Both the position numbers and the translations under genes were made by a program. 64,000 nucleotides of DNA from Felis catus (Eukaryota), in NCBI RefSeq assembly GCF_018350175.1, contig NC_058368.1, positions 158,908,001 to 158,972,000 on the forward strand, given 5' to 3'. Below the pieces are notes generated by a model that made no database searches, was not told the origin of the DNA, and saw nothing but the letters and a program-made list of their open reading frames with translations. This document shows, piece after piece, positions 52,000-64,000 of the stretch (its first letter is position 1; each line of letters starts with the position of its first letter).

Positions 52000-52809
52000 T
52001 CCCCATTAATCTTTGTTGGGCCTATGTTGTAAAATAATGAGGTGTCAGTTGCCTATTTCAAAATTATCCTCTGAATATTTTTCTCCCTGTTGGGCAGTAG
52101 TGCCAAATGAATTGTGTTGAGTGTCAGTATATTGTAGATAATACTATTTTTAAGGTAAATTTCAAGGATACAGTGACATTCTTGGGAGTGTTTTTCATTC
52201 TGGGAGTATTTTCATAATGTCAAAGGATTTTTAATGGTTAGTTTCTTGCCTGATTTGTTTCTCAGCATGCTATGACATCAAGGATTTAGAGTCTGTTATA
52301 AAGATGTATAAGAATGAGGCAGAAAATCCTGAAAGGCAGCATTAGTGAAGTTGGTGTGTAAGCAAACAGATCAGCCAGCAACGTGGAATAGAAAAAGTGT
52401 CATTTGGGCTAGGCTGGGTTAATTTCCAAAGTGAAAGTGCTCTCGTGTCGTTTATTTGCATGGGAGATTCACTTCTGACAATAATGTAATGATGTGCATG
52501 TTGCACAACCTCATGCTTTATAATCAAGTAGATCAAGTTAATTGCCTAGTTCTTATTAATGTGAGACCTTGTGCTGTGTCTTGTGGACTAAAAGCTGGAT
52601 AATGTACAACTTTTGCTCTTCTGAAGTTCACAGGCTAGGGCAGTTTATTGTTAAAGACGTAAGCCGATAAATGTACAATAATAGAAACCTGTAAAAGGCA
52701 TTAACTGGGCACTAAGTGTGAAACTGTTAGATAACAAAGACCTATTTTTTTTTTTTTTTTGGAAGTGAGCTGAACTGAGCTCTTAGTTTGCAAAAATGAA
52801 TGTGAAGTC

Positions 52810-53180
52810 TCAAAGAGTAGCAGAAAAGAGAAGCAGAGCCGGAGAGGGGTGATTTACTGAGAGTGTTCTCTGAAGAAAGCTGAAAGACAGGTGAGGGAAG
52901 CAGGATAAGGCAGGGGAAGTAGTCAGGTAAAGATAAAGTCTCATCCTGATCCTGCAGGGAGTTCTGGGGCATAACTAACACCACAGAGTTGTCACACTTT
53001 GGAGTGGGGCAGGACTTTATACCTCCTCTCAGTCAAAATTAGCTGAAGGATGTGGCATTTTTGTGCAAGCTGGCTCCTGTCCCCTGAAGGCACTTTTCAG
53101 GAGAGGCACAGCCGTGAGCTATTTGCCAGTCACCGTGACAGCACCAGGGGGATGGATGGCCGCATGGGCCTGCTGTAGCA
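52810..53180. mobile_element. Old ERVL-type LTR (LTR16/LTR33-like)
   Basis: GAAGCAGAGCCGGAG...GTGATTTACTGAG...GGGAAGCAGGATAAGGCAGGGGAAG...CCTGATCCTGCAGGGAGTTCTGG. Confidence 0.55.
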
Positions 53181-53659
53181 ATGATCAGTGTTTATTGCAT
53201 GTTTAAGGGTCCAACAATCTTAGAAGAATTTTCCGTATCTGACATGTATTCTATGGGGCATATAATAACATTTCTCCATTTGAAATTTAAGAAACCTAAA
53301 GCACAAATGAGGTGAACTAATCGAGATCATGCAGCAGGGAAGTGGTAGAAGGACAATTTGGAAACAGTCTGATTTTGAAGTAGAGAGAAACTACCCTAAT
53401 TTTCTGCTACATGGCTGTAGTGAGAAATGTTTTTTCAAACATAAACAAGTAGCAACAAAATTGGTTGTAATTTGTTTCTCATATCTTCATAGAAATAATT
53501 GCCTATGTTTTGATTAAATTGGCAGCTATTCTACAGGAACTGAAGTTTACTGAGCCTTCCAGGAAAACACCTTCCCATATCCCAGTAGCAATAGCAGCTC
53601 CTGAATGTTGACTCTTTGCATTTTCTGGGAAAGATCACGTTCACATCTTCTGACAGTTT

Positions 53660-54082
53660 CTTTTTTTAGGCTGGCCATAGTTCCTCTCATTTTCTGTATT
53701 CTAGTTTCATGTTTGTTTTGTGAGTGCATAATGCTGCCTCCTGTCATGGGATCTTTGCACATGCTGTTCCCTGGAACTGGGATGTGATTTCTGACAATCC
53801 CTTCCTGCTCCCAGCTGTGTGCTTAGTTATCTCCTCATGATCCTCCAGATCTGATGGATTAGGCTTTGTTTACTTCCTGCCCCCTTGTCTGGGCCAGCTT
53901 CTATCTCATTTCATGTTTATACATATATTGGTGGGATTATTTAATATCTATCTCCTCTCTGTACTGCACCATAGATTCCATGAGGGCAGGAACTGTGTTT
54001 GCTTCCCTTGGTGTTAGACCCAGCACAGTGCCTGGCACACTGTGGATCCTCAATAGACGTAAGTTAGTAAATGAATAAGTGA
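53660..54082 (+). mobile_element. L2 3' region
   Basis: TTTGCACATGCTGTTCCC...TCCATGAGGGCAGGAACTGTG...CCCAGCACAGTGCCTGGCACAC...AATGAATAA. Confidence 0.8.
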
Positions 54083-55405
54083 GGGTAAGAATGTAGATTT
54101 CTCCCTACTGACCAGTGACAGGCTTGTCTCTCTGCCCAGAGCTTTCTGTGCTCTAAATTTGGGTTTACCTCAAGGACCTTTATCCAAAAAGCAGGCATAT
54201 TTTTCTCCATGTCTGGAAACTCTGGGTGTGATACAGCTAGCTAGTAGCACCCAAGCTCTGAGTAGCTGTAGGGACACTCCCTCCCCACCCTTTATCAATG
54301 GTGCAATTAAATTTTGAATTAGACCTATTGGGGGAATAAGGACCCAGTGAAGGATACTAACATATTCTCTTACTGTAAGAGTCTAATGTGGAAGCATTTG
54401 GGTTTTCTCAAGCCTTCTCTGTTTCAAGGTCCTTCTTTGACAGTAGTCAGATCCACTAAAAACATGTCCATTTAGGAGTATATTACACTGATATTTTAGT
54501 AAAATACCTTAAAATAAAGAAGATAGGTGTTTTGACACTTTTTAATAATGTATCCTATTATTGATGAATAATTTTTTTCTGTTTCATTAGCAACAACTTA
54601 AAAAAATGCTAAGACAGTATTTGCAATGAGTAACTCTCACTAGCATTTGAAAAAGGAAGCAAGAATGTATTCACACCCATGTTTTTCTTTTTTTCCTGTT
54701 TAATTGTATTCTCAAATTGACTTTTCTATTGTACACACTAATTTAAATGTAGAAAAGTTAAGATGATTAATACTTAAATCCTCTACATTTTCCATGTTAT
54801 TTTACTGACATAAAGAAATAAGGTGCATTTATGATTTGAAATGATAATTTGGAGGAGGGTTTATTATAAAAAGGGATTGTGCATTTATTAGTTTATTCAT
54901 TTTCTGAAAATTTACCATACATAAAATAAAATTTGTTACTATCTTATCTATTATTTGAACAACTGAGTATTCTTTTGGAATTGTATCCAGGTTTTGCCAA
55001 AGAAAACACAAAGGTGTTCGTTATTATTAGAATACTCTTTTGTGGTTTGGACTTTATGGCCCAGCAGGTCATTTACATCTCTTCCCTGAGCGACTTAACT
55101 GAATATTGAATTGGGGCCAGCTCTGGTAGAGAACAACTTCTAAAGTATAAAGAAAAACTGAATATAATAGTGGGGTAAAAAAATAAAGCTTGGCCTGTCA
55201 GACTGCAATTGGGAAACTTCACATAATGAAATAGCCTACATTGGAATTTATTTAACACGGAATGCCCCACATTTGGTATTTATCTGATAATTCTCTAAGC
55301 TCAACAATATCCAAAATATTTTTATATTTTAATCGACTATCATTATACTTACACTTTACATATATATCTAGAGAGAAAGCAAATATCTAAAATTGGAACC
55401 TTGGA

Positions 55406-55634
55406 GGAGCGCCCAGGTGGCTCAGTCGGTTGAGCATCTGACTTCCGCTCAGGTCATGATCTCACGGTTCATGAGTTCGAGCCCCGCGTCGGGCTCTGTG
55501 CTGACAGCTCGGAGCCTGGAGCCTGCTTCATATTCTGGGTCTCCCTCTCTCTCTCTGCCCTCTCCTGCTCATGCTGTCTCTCTCTGTCTCTCAAAAATAA
55601 ATAAACATTAAAAAAATTTTTTTTAATAAAAAAA
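55406..55634 (+). mobile_element. Young CanSINE (SINEC_Fc-like)
   Basis: A/B boxes (TGGCTCAGTCGG, GTTCGAGCC) with CpGs retained; perfect 18-bp TSD TAAAATTGGAACCTTGGA at 55388-55405 and 55635-55652. Confidence 0.97.
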
Positions 55635-56024
55635 TAAAATTGGAACCTTGGAATATATCTCTCTTATGGTAAAGCACATATTTCACAAAGAGTTCCAAGA
55701 ATTGCCTTTATGACAAGTAAGATGACCATTTAATTCACTGGTCAAATTGAAACAATTTTGAAAGTGGAGGATGGTGTTCAGCAAAATTATGCCGGTACAA
55801 AAATTAGAACCATTTCATATAAATTTGGATGTAATACCACCTTGAGAGTGAATAAATTCAGATCTTTAGCCACTTCTGTTTCCATGCTTGTGAAAGCATG
55901 TCCATCAGAGACTATTATTTTTTATTTAAGTTTGTATTAAAGTAATAATTTAAAATAACTTTGTTAATATGAATCTTTGGATATATTTGTGAACAAAAAC
56001 TATATAAACCCATAAACATAGACT

Positions 56025-56560
56025 AATTTATTCATTCAATGATTCATTTATCCATGTAATATTAATTGAGTATCTTCTATGTGCTAGGTTTGGGGATACT
56101 ATGAGGGGAAAACATGAGGCAATGTCCTTGCCTTTGTGCATGTTGTTTTCTAGTGTATGCAGCGGACACTAAGCACAATTACACAACTTACTGTAAATTT
56201 AAATTGTGTTACAAAGGAGATATAAATGGGACTACAGGGAAATATGAAATAGGGACACCTGGATGGTTCAGTCGATTAAGTGTTGGACTTGATTTCGGCT
56301 CAGGTTGTGATCTCATGGTTCCTGAGATTGAGCCCCAAGTTGGGCTCTGTGCTGACATCACAGAGCCTGCTTGAGATTCTCTCTCCTTCTCTCTCTGACC
56401 CTTCCCTGATTGTGCTCTCTCGCTTTCTGTCAAAATAAATAAACTTTTAAAAAATACATGAAACAGGGATTTGACCATGTCAAAGAATCCAAATAAGCAT
56501 TTCTAAGCAAGTGACAGTTATGCTGAGATTTAAAGAGTGAGAAGAGCTAAATAGTTATAA
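56025..56560 (-). mobile_element. L2 fragment interrupted by a CanSINE
   Basis: ATTCATTCAATGATTCATT...TTGAGTATCTTCTATGTGCTAGG start; GCTGAGATTTAAAG resumes after the SINE. Confidence 0.65.
56251..56455 (+). mobile_element. CanSINE
   Basis: GGGACACCTGGATGGTTCAGTCG head and CAAAATAAATAAAC tail. Confidence 0.9.
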
Positions 56561-58925
56561 TGATTGTATAGGCCAGAAGGGGCAGTATCCTTAAGACTGG
56601 ATTAATGCTAGCTCTCATCTAGTGTAGATATGTCCAAGGAATATTGGTGGATACATCTTTGTGATGGAGTGGGCTTTTAATTTTTTTAGTTGATAGCTTT
56701 AGCTTTGTGAGTATAGAGGGTAAGATTTTGGCTTTTGACTGAATGGTGGAATGGAGATGGTTAGAGAGGCTGAAAAACTAAATTTGAAATGGAGAGGGAA
56801 GAGATAGGAAGCTTTCATAGGGAGACTGGATGGATCAAGCATAAATGCTTAGGCAATGTGTGGCAGATATGGAAATGCTAGGTAACTCTCTCTCCAGAAA
56901 TCTGGCAGCAAATGACCTGGTTTTTGAAGGTGGATGTGCGGTTGAGGGGCTAATCCACTTCAATTGGTATGTGTATGTTAAAGGCCATTTATCATTCTCC
57001 TGATGCTTTTGTATTCCTGATCTCTTCTAATTCTTAGAATAATTTTTTTTTCAGTTTCCAGAAAAAAAGCCACAGCAATGATAAAGTGAGTCAGTTATTT
57101 GCCTTACTAGAGTTGTCCAAATATGCTTCCCAGTTTTAAGCACTTGTATTTTATATACCAGATGATGTATTCCCTCCCCAATCAGAGTTTTTGAACCAGT
57201 TTTGGAATAGTTCGAGATACAGACAACTACCATGTGATCTGTTCTTATCTAGAAGTAAATATTTTTGAGGATGTGGATTCAAGTGTTACCAATGTAGATG
57301 ATGTGTGTATTGATGTCTGTGTATGAGCCCTGTGTGTGTGTGCACGAGAAAGATGGGCTAGTTTGATGTTGTCCCAGCTCTTAAGCTTGTTAAAATTTAC
57401 ATAGGACACTACCACTAACATGGAAAAGGTAACATTTGAACAATACAGAATTTACCTAAATGTTGAAGTAAAGATTGGTGGGAGGGTTTTTATTAAGGAT
57501 GTATGCTTATAATTAAGCATAAAATCAAGAAAGATGTCATCTTAAATTTAGACCTGAAAATTTCTTTGAGTTCATAGTTGTATTTTAGTTTTTGTTCAGT
57601 TGATCTACGTCTCTTAAAAGTTTTATTTGCTTTCTGTTTCAGTGGCTTCCATGACTTCAAAATGTCCTGTATAGAATTCAGCTCAGTGCTGAATGATACA
57701 ACAGAAAAAAGCTGTAGTGACTTCCATCAGATTAAGCCTTGGACAATAGTTCCTAAACAGAAAGCATAACCCCGTATCTGCAAGGGTAAAGCAAATGGCT
57801 GTGAATAATGCAGCTGAATGCAAGAAGAGAATAGAGAAGTAAAAGAAGTTTCCAGGCTTATTTCTGGTTCACTTCCATGACTCTCTTTTTATGTATCTGC
57901 AGTGAATACAGGATTTTCTCAGGCTAGCCTAAACTGCTACAAAGTTCAGATTTTCATGCTCTTCCTTTTCATGGAGCATTTTATTGCATTCTTCTATTTT
58001 CTAGGATAATAAAACTCTTTATAGCCTAATTGCTCAGTGGAGGATCCACATGGTTAGGATAATAATGAGCTGGCACAAAGCCTTGATTTCTGGAAGGCTC
58101 TGTGGATTCAGAGAAGTCACAAGGTTTGCTAAAATGAATTCCTTTTTGCTTGCAATTGGTCCCCCAGGTAATGGAGACCAAAGAAGAAAGATGCAGCTTC
58201 AGACATTAGTGAAAAAGCCCCATGATCTGGAAAGAAACTTTGTTCAAGCGAGGGCATGTCAACCACAGAGCTTTTAAAAAATGAATCACAAAGTCCGTAT
58301 GTTTTAGCGAAGTGCCACTGAAATAACTTGACATGAGCTTGTTGTATAACATAAAATCACCTTTCATTGACTCTGTGCCAAACCATTCACATTAGAGATT
58401 CATCTGGAAGCCTGCCTAATGTTTGAGGGATTATTTCTACATAACCAAGATAGATGGTGTGAATACTAATTGACTAATGAAAGGAAAAGATGTACAATAA
58501 TGAAGGTCACTGTTGATATCCAAAAATTAGCACTCACCATGATGTGGGGCTAGTGACTCCAGTCCTCATAATGCAGGGTCAGCATTTTGAAAAGCACCAT
58601 TTCCTCAGGTGTGGGTGATGGACTCCCTTCTCCTGATTCTTCCCCATGATGTGGACCATGAAATACTCTTAAGGGTATTGCTGCAATGTTTATCCTCAGT
58701 CATATTATTATTATTTTTTAAATTAATTGAGCTCTCAGTTGAAAAGTTCCAGGCTCATTAAGTGCAGAGGAGTTAAGAGATCAAGACTGATGATCAAGTT
58801 AGTATTCTGTTGTACATTTTAGGGATGATCATGATGTCACACTGAAATGCTAAGTATGTGTATACATATAGTGCCTTTGCTGGTGTTATTTTTATCTCTA
58901 GAAAACAGTCTATGGTCTATGGAGG

Positions 58926-59043
58926 GTTTTTTTGTTTGTTTTTGTTTTTTTTATTATTGAGTAATCTCTATGCCCAATGTGAGACTTAGACTCATGATAC
59001 CCAGATCAAAAATTGCTCTACTGACTGAGCCAGTGAGGTGCCC
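58926..59043 (-). mobile_element. Short CanSINE variant
   Basis: GAGTAATCTCTATGCCCAATGTG...CTCTACTGACTGAGCCAG; degenerate TSD TGGTCTATGGA / TGGTCTTTGGA. Confidence 0.85.
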
Positions 59044-59521
59044 TTGGTCTTTGGAAGTTGAATGTTGATATTTTTTTTTCAGCTTGGTGGTTTCCTCTTT
59101 ATTGATGTGACTCTTAACTTCCTCCACAATTTCAGTCCCTTCCATCTACTTCCAAAAAATAACATAGTGAAAGGATGACAATGTTGGGGTTCTGAGCCCC
59201 TTGGCCGGTTAGGGAACAGAAACCAAAAGAATCACTGGATATGACAGAGATTGACCATCAAGAAGTCTAAAACAGAGTGGGAAAGGTGGTAAGAGAAAGG
59301 AGAGAAAGGGGGGCCACCTCCCCCCTTAACCCTCCTGCTAAAAGGGGCTGGAAGAGAGCTTCAAGCATTAGAAAGTACAGGTCCTGAAGAAGGGAGGCAG
59401 GGGTTGGCCTTAAAGAAGAAGTAGGTCAAGGAAGGGGAGGCCACCTCTTTCTTTGTAGAATCGGACTCACACCTCAAGGGCAATGATGATAATTTTTTTT
59501 AAAGTTTAGAAAAGCAAAATA

Positions 59522-59712
59522 GGGGGCATCTGGGTGGCTTTGTTTGATAAGCATCCAACTCTTGACTTCTGGTCAGGTCATGATCTCATGGTCATGAGAT
59601 TGAGTTCCTCATCAGTCTCTGTGCTGGGTGTGGAGCCCACTTGAAATTCTCTATTTCCCTTTGTCTCTCTACTCCCCCCTCTCAACATAAATAAACATTA
59701 AAACAAAACAAT
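59522..59712 (+). mobile_element. CanSINE
   Basis: GGGGGCATCTGGGTGGCT head and CAGGTCATGATCTCATGG core. Confidence 0.9.
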
Positions 59713-60390
59713 AGTAAAATAGTATTTGTAGGTAAAAGATTGTGTCACATGGTATAGTATATATATCTTTCCTCAAATGCACTTTTCAGTAAACTGTGAT
59801 TTTTTTCTGTAATTTACCATACTAGATAATTAGATATTAGATTATTTTAGACTTAGGATGCTATTGCAAAACAGGCTCAGTTATTTATCTATTTGTTTTG
59901 AATGAGTGCCTCTATTGCAAAGAAGCCTGGGCTTAGAACAAGAGAGGAAATAGTTCTTCCTACTACCATAATCTGGCTGTATCCTAGTATCCTTCTGGTT
60001 GTGTTGGCTAGAAGAATACATGTCACAGAAGAATGTTAAAAAAAAAGATAATGAGAATATTTACTTGGGTGAAGAGAAGATTGAGAGGAAATGTGCAAAT
60101 TGTCCTTAAATATTTTCAGTCTTCATTGATTTATTGAATGGATGGATAGAGGGATGAGTGAATGAATGAAAAAAGAATGAATGAATGAAACATTAAGTGG
60201 AAGGCATAGGAGAGCAGCATTCGGTGGTTGCAATGATACACTTTTTCTTCATCCTTAGCTTAATTTCTAATGGGGATAAACACAGATGAAAAAGCAATTA
60301 CTCTGTAGCGCATTAAGTAAAACAGTTGAAGAAACTGGCTTTGAGTAGCTCTACAGGGAAGAACCCAACAAGTGTCAGTATTTGTTAAAG

Positions 60391-60469
60391 GTTTCTGTTG
60401 TTGTTGTTTTTTGTTTTGTTTTGTTTTTCGGTAGAGAGCATGCATGTGGGGGAAAGGGGCATGGGGGGG

Positions 60470-60514
<45 letters not shown>

Positions 60515-60638
60515 TCTTAAGCAGGTTCCACTCTCAGCACAGAGCCTGATGCAGGGCTTAATCCCATGAGCCTGGGATCATGACCTGAGCCGAAATCAAG
60601 AGTTGGACACTTTACTGGTTGAGCCACCCAGCTGTCCC
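60391..60638 (-). mobile_element. CanSINE with (GA)n expansion
   Basis: GATCATGACCTGAGCCGAAATCAAGAG core; (GA)n at ~60472-60509. Confidence 0.92.
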
Positions 60639-62200
60639 ATGTTGCTGTTTTTAAGGAATTGTATATCAAATGATTTTTCACTTCTAATACTAAATCCAAT
60701 TCAATATAACACATATTAATTGAAAACCAACTGTGTTCAGTCTACCCAGAGAGATATGGAGTATGTATCTGGAATATAATGTTGAAAGGGGCAGTATCTG
60801 CAATCTGTATCTGCAATGCATTTTAAGTGTCTCCAGTGTGTCATAGTCTAGGTGTTTAGCCAGTATGTTGAATTTATCCAACTGGAATAGGTTAAATATT
60901 TTTTTATCTAGTTTGTAATAAATCTGATTTATATACATACTTTTCACTATATATCAACTTTTTCTGACAGTAAATGGTTTTGTGAGATGTAAACTGGTGT
61001 TTATTTCTGACCAGAGAGGAAACGTGTCTTTTCCATATTCATATTTAGTAAAGTAGTCATTGATTCACATATTTCTATACAGAAATTTAAGATAGCATTG
61101 AGGACCGACCAGCTCCAAGCAAGGTCTGAGGTGTTGGCTGTGTTATAACTATCCTTAAAGTAATAACATAGCATGAAGGACCCTACTCTTGGCAGGGTTA
61201 TTCTAGGGCTATTTTTAGAAATTGGACTTAGCACTGGGTATTTTTATATTGTGGGATTCTGGGTTAATTTTTACAGAGGCTAAATTACTTCATGAAGATT
61301 AACAATTTTATATGTTGAGCTAGTTAGAAATCTCATAGAGGCTTTCAGGAGAGTTAAAAGTTCTGAGGGTGTCAAAGAGAACAAAATTAAAGCAATTAAG
61401 GAACTATTAAATAGTATCATTGTTGTTCTTTCCAAAGTTACTCTCCCCTAATCCAAACATTATTACTCTTTTTAATTTATTTAAAACAAGGACATCTATT
61501 ATTTACTCTACATTACAGAATTAAGCTACGTTCCTGGAAGGTAACATTTTGTGTTAGTTTCCTTTAAAAATATTTTTATAATTGTTATTGTTTATGTTTA
61601 TGGTAGAAAAATTGGAAACTATGAAAATATAAAGACAATAAGAAATATGAAAACCAGTATTATCAGCCTATTTCCAACTGTTTTCATTGCCTATTACTAG
61701 TTTACTATCCATCCCATTTGGACGTTTCTGTTGAAAAACAGGAAGAGAGAGAGGAGGAGAAAGAAGAAAGAGAAAATGGGGATGGAGAGGAAGAGAGAGA
61801 AATCCATGTGGATTTGCTCTTCTGCTCCAGCCCTCAAGGTGGCGATGGTGGCCCCGGCTAAATGCCATTCAGTACATATTGGCTGTACTGCCTACCACTC
61901 TTAAAGACTGTAAACTAATAGACAGCAGTTTAAACATGTATTTGACAATTTACATTTATCTTAGGAGGACATAGTCTTTAGGATTTCTCCTCAACTCAAT
62001 GGTAAGCTTTTGAAATTTTATGAACAGTGTTTTAATCCTTTGAATCCACATTGTTTAGAACTTCATTCCAGAAGAGGGTATTTACTCTGTATTTGTAAAA
62101 CTAACAGCACTGGGATGTTCTTCACGCCGAAAGGAAAAATCTTCCTCTAATGTAAATTTCCTTTAATTACTCTTGAAGATAGCAGAAAAACTACTTGGAA

Positions 62201-62421
62201 ATTAAATTTAAAAATTTAATGTTTATTTATTTTTGAGAAAGCGTGAGACAAAGAGTGTGAACAGGGGAGGGGCAGAGAGAGAGGGAGACACAGAGTCCAA
62301 AGCAGGCTTCAGGTCCCGAGCTGTCAGCACAGAGCCCGGCACAGGGTTCCAACCCATGAACCATGAGATCATGACCTAAGCCTAAGTCAGACACGTAACT
62401 GACTGACCTACCCAGGTGCCC
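62201..62421 (-). mobile_element. CanSINE (SINEC_Fc-like)
   Basis: Complete body; TSD ACTACTTGGAA at 62190-62200 and 62423-62433. Confidence 0.94.
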
Positions 62422-62934
62422 TACTACTTGGAAGTTTTAAATAGCTACTATTATTCTTTGTCTCTAAAAGAGAGTTAAAAATGACTTAAAGTCCAGATTC
62501 TTTGAGGTAGTTTCATATATTTCTGATAGAACTGTAAGTATCTAGTTTCTGATGAGAACATTCCAAACATTCCCATTTCTCCTCTAATTTAAAAATGTTG
62601 ACAGCAGGCATATTCCCATGATGACTCCAGAATAGTTAAATCTTATTCTTACCTTGGTTATGTGCACATAGGAAAAATGTAAAGGGATAGATGATTAACT
62701 TTGTAGTGGCCCCTTTAGATCACCCAGCTCAGTCCCCATTTTGCAGATGAAAGAACTGAGATCTTTAAAGCTTAGGTGACTGTCTTCATGACGAAAAGTA
62801 AATTAATTGGAGAATCAGATCTTATCTGCTTTTTTTCCTACAAAACTGTCTCTACAGAATATTAGATCTATGGCCCAGAAGAAAACTTAGGTACTTAGGT
62901 CTTAGTTCTAATTTCTCTTATATGTAGTTTGTAC

Positions 62935-63063
62935 ATCATATATATATATATACACACACAATATATGCATACAATATCATACAATATACATACAATATCA
63001 TAATATATGATATATATGTATATACATATATATATGTATATATCATAAATGTGTGTGTGTATA
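62935..63063. repeat. AT-rich low-complexity repeat with ATACAATAT units
   Basis: Directly visible. Confidence 0.8.
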
Positions 63064-63551
63064 ATTACTTTTAAAATTAGGATATCTAAACAGATCATGT
63101 GTAAGTCTTCTCCACACTTCTAACTTCTATGATATATAATTTTTAAAATAATATGCTGGATTTATAATTAAAATTCCAATAAATGCTATGAGTAAATATT
63201 CTCATTCATATTGCATTTATTTTTCACTTTTGAATGTATTTAATGAAAACAGAATTGTTAATTTAGGATGGGACTTTGAAATTACTAAAAAAGGCACAAA
63301 GAACTAGGAAATGTGAATCATTCTTGCCCTGTATTTGTTTTTCACCAAAATTCTACACTGATTTCTTCTGTCCTGTTTAAATGAAAATTAACACTCTGAA
63401 GTGTCACACGTGACCTACTTGAGTTTGCCTAACTTGACATGGAACCCATGGTTATCAAGGATTTTAGAAAATCTTCAAATGGTTTCTTGTCAAAGAGAAA
63501 GAGTGAATGAGAGAAGGGGGGGGTTGAGCAAAGGTATTTTGTCCATGCAAT

Positions 63552-64000
63552 TCTTTTTTTCTAATTGAAGTTTAGTTGTCAAACAATATTCCATTACTTT
63601 CAGATGTACAACATAGTGTTTTGATGTTTATATACATTATACAATGCCTATCACCATAAGTGTAGTTACTATATGTATGTCACTATGCAAAGGTATTAAA
63701 GTACTATTGACTACATTCCCTATGTTGTACTTTCATCCCCATGACTTACTATATTACTGAAAGTTTGTACCTCTTAATCCCTTCACCTATTTTGCCTGTC
63801 CCCCCACTCAACTCCCCTCTAGCAACCACTAGTTTGTTCTATTTGTGAGTCTGTTTCTATTTTGTTTGTTCTTTTTTTTTTTTTTTTTTACACTCACATA
63901 TAAGTGAAAGGATATGGTATTTGTCTTTTTTTGTTTGACTTATTTCATTTAACACGATACCCTCTAAGTCTGCCCATAATGTCATAAATGGCAAGATCTC
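63552..64000 (-). mobile_element. Carnivore L1 3' end running off the window edge
   Basis: TGTACAACATAGTG...CATATAAGTGAAAGGATATGGTATTTGTC...GACTTATTTCA; similar to 30965-31326. Confidence 0.88.

Noticed and set aside
55406..55495. tRNA-like A and B boxes
   Set aside because: tRNA-derived head of a CanSINE, not a tRNA gene; continues into (CT)n and an A tail with a TSD.
1..64000. CRISPR arrays, operons, prokaryotic defence systems or endogenous non-retroviral virus genes
   Set aside because: Mammalian repeat-rich DNA with no regularly spaced repeat-spacer array; the only long ORFs belong to LINE-1.

Overview
AT-rich mammalian non-coding DNA, almost certainly felid/feliform, judged from the cat-type CanSINE bodies and an L1_Fc-like LINE-1. 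It looks like a large intron or an intergenic interval. I recognise no host protein-coding exon, rRNA, tRNA gene or CRISPR array. The dominant feature is a young, full-length (~5.9 kb) LINE-1 on the minus strand (18517-24460). It has a 12-13 bp TSD, a CpG-rich 5'UTR, an intact ORF1, and an ORF2 broken only by three small indels (+1, +1, -2). The rest is ~24 CanSINEs (many with readable TSDs), older L1/L2/MIR fragments, MaLR/ERV LTRs, DNA-transposon relics and microsatellites. The most notable observations are an ATG-initiated 125-codon antisense ORF in the L1 5'UTR with an ORF0-like layout, a 24-bp inverted duplication inside a Tigger-type element, and several TPRT by-products (tail-only insertions, a twin-priming inversion, triple reuse of one target site). 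A candidate 24-nt microexon and an unexplained 23-bp in-frame direct repeat are weaker leads. Nothing here clearly amounts to a new biological system. Repeat family names come from my recognition, not a database search, and boundaries of old repeats are approximate.
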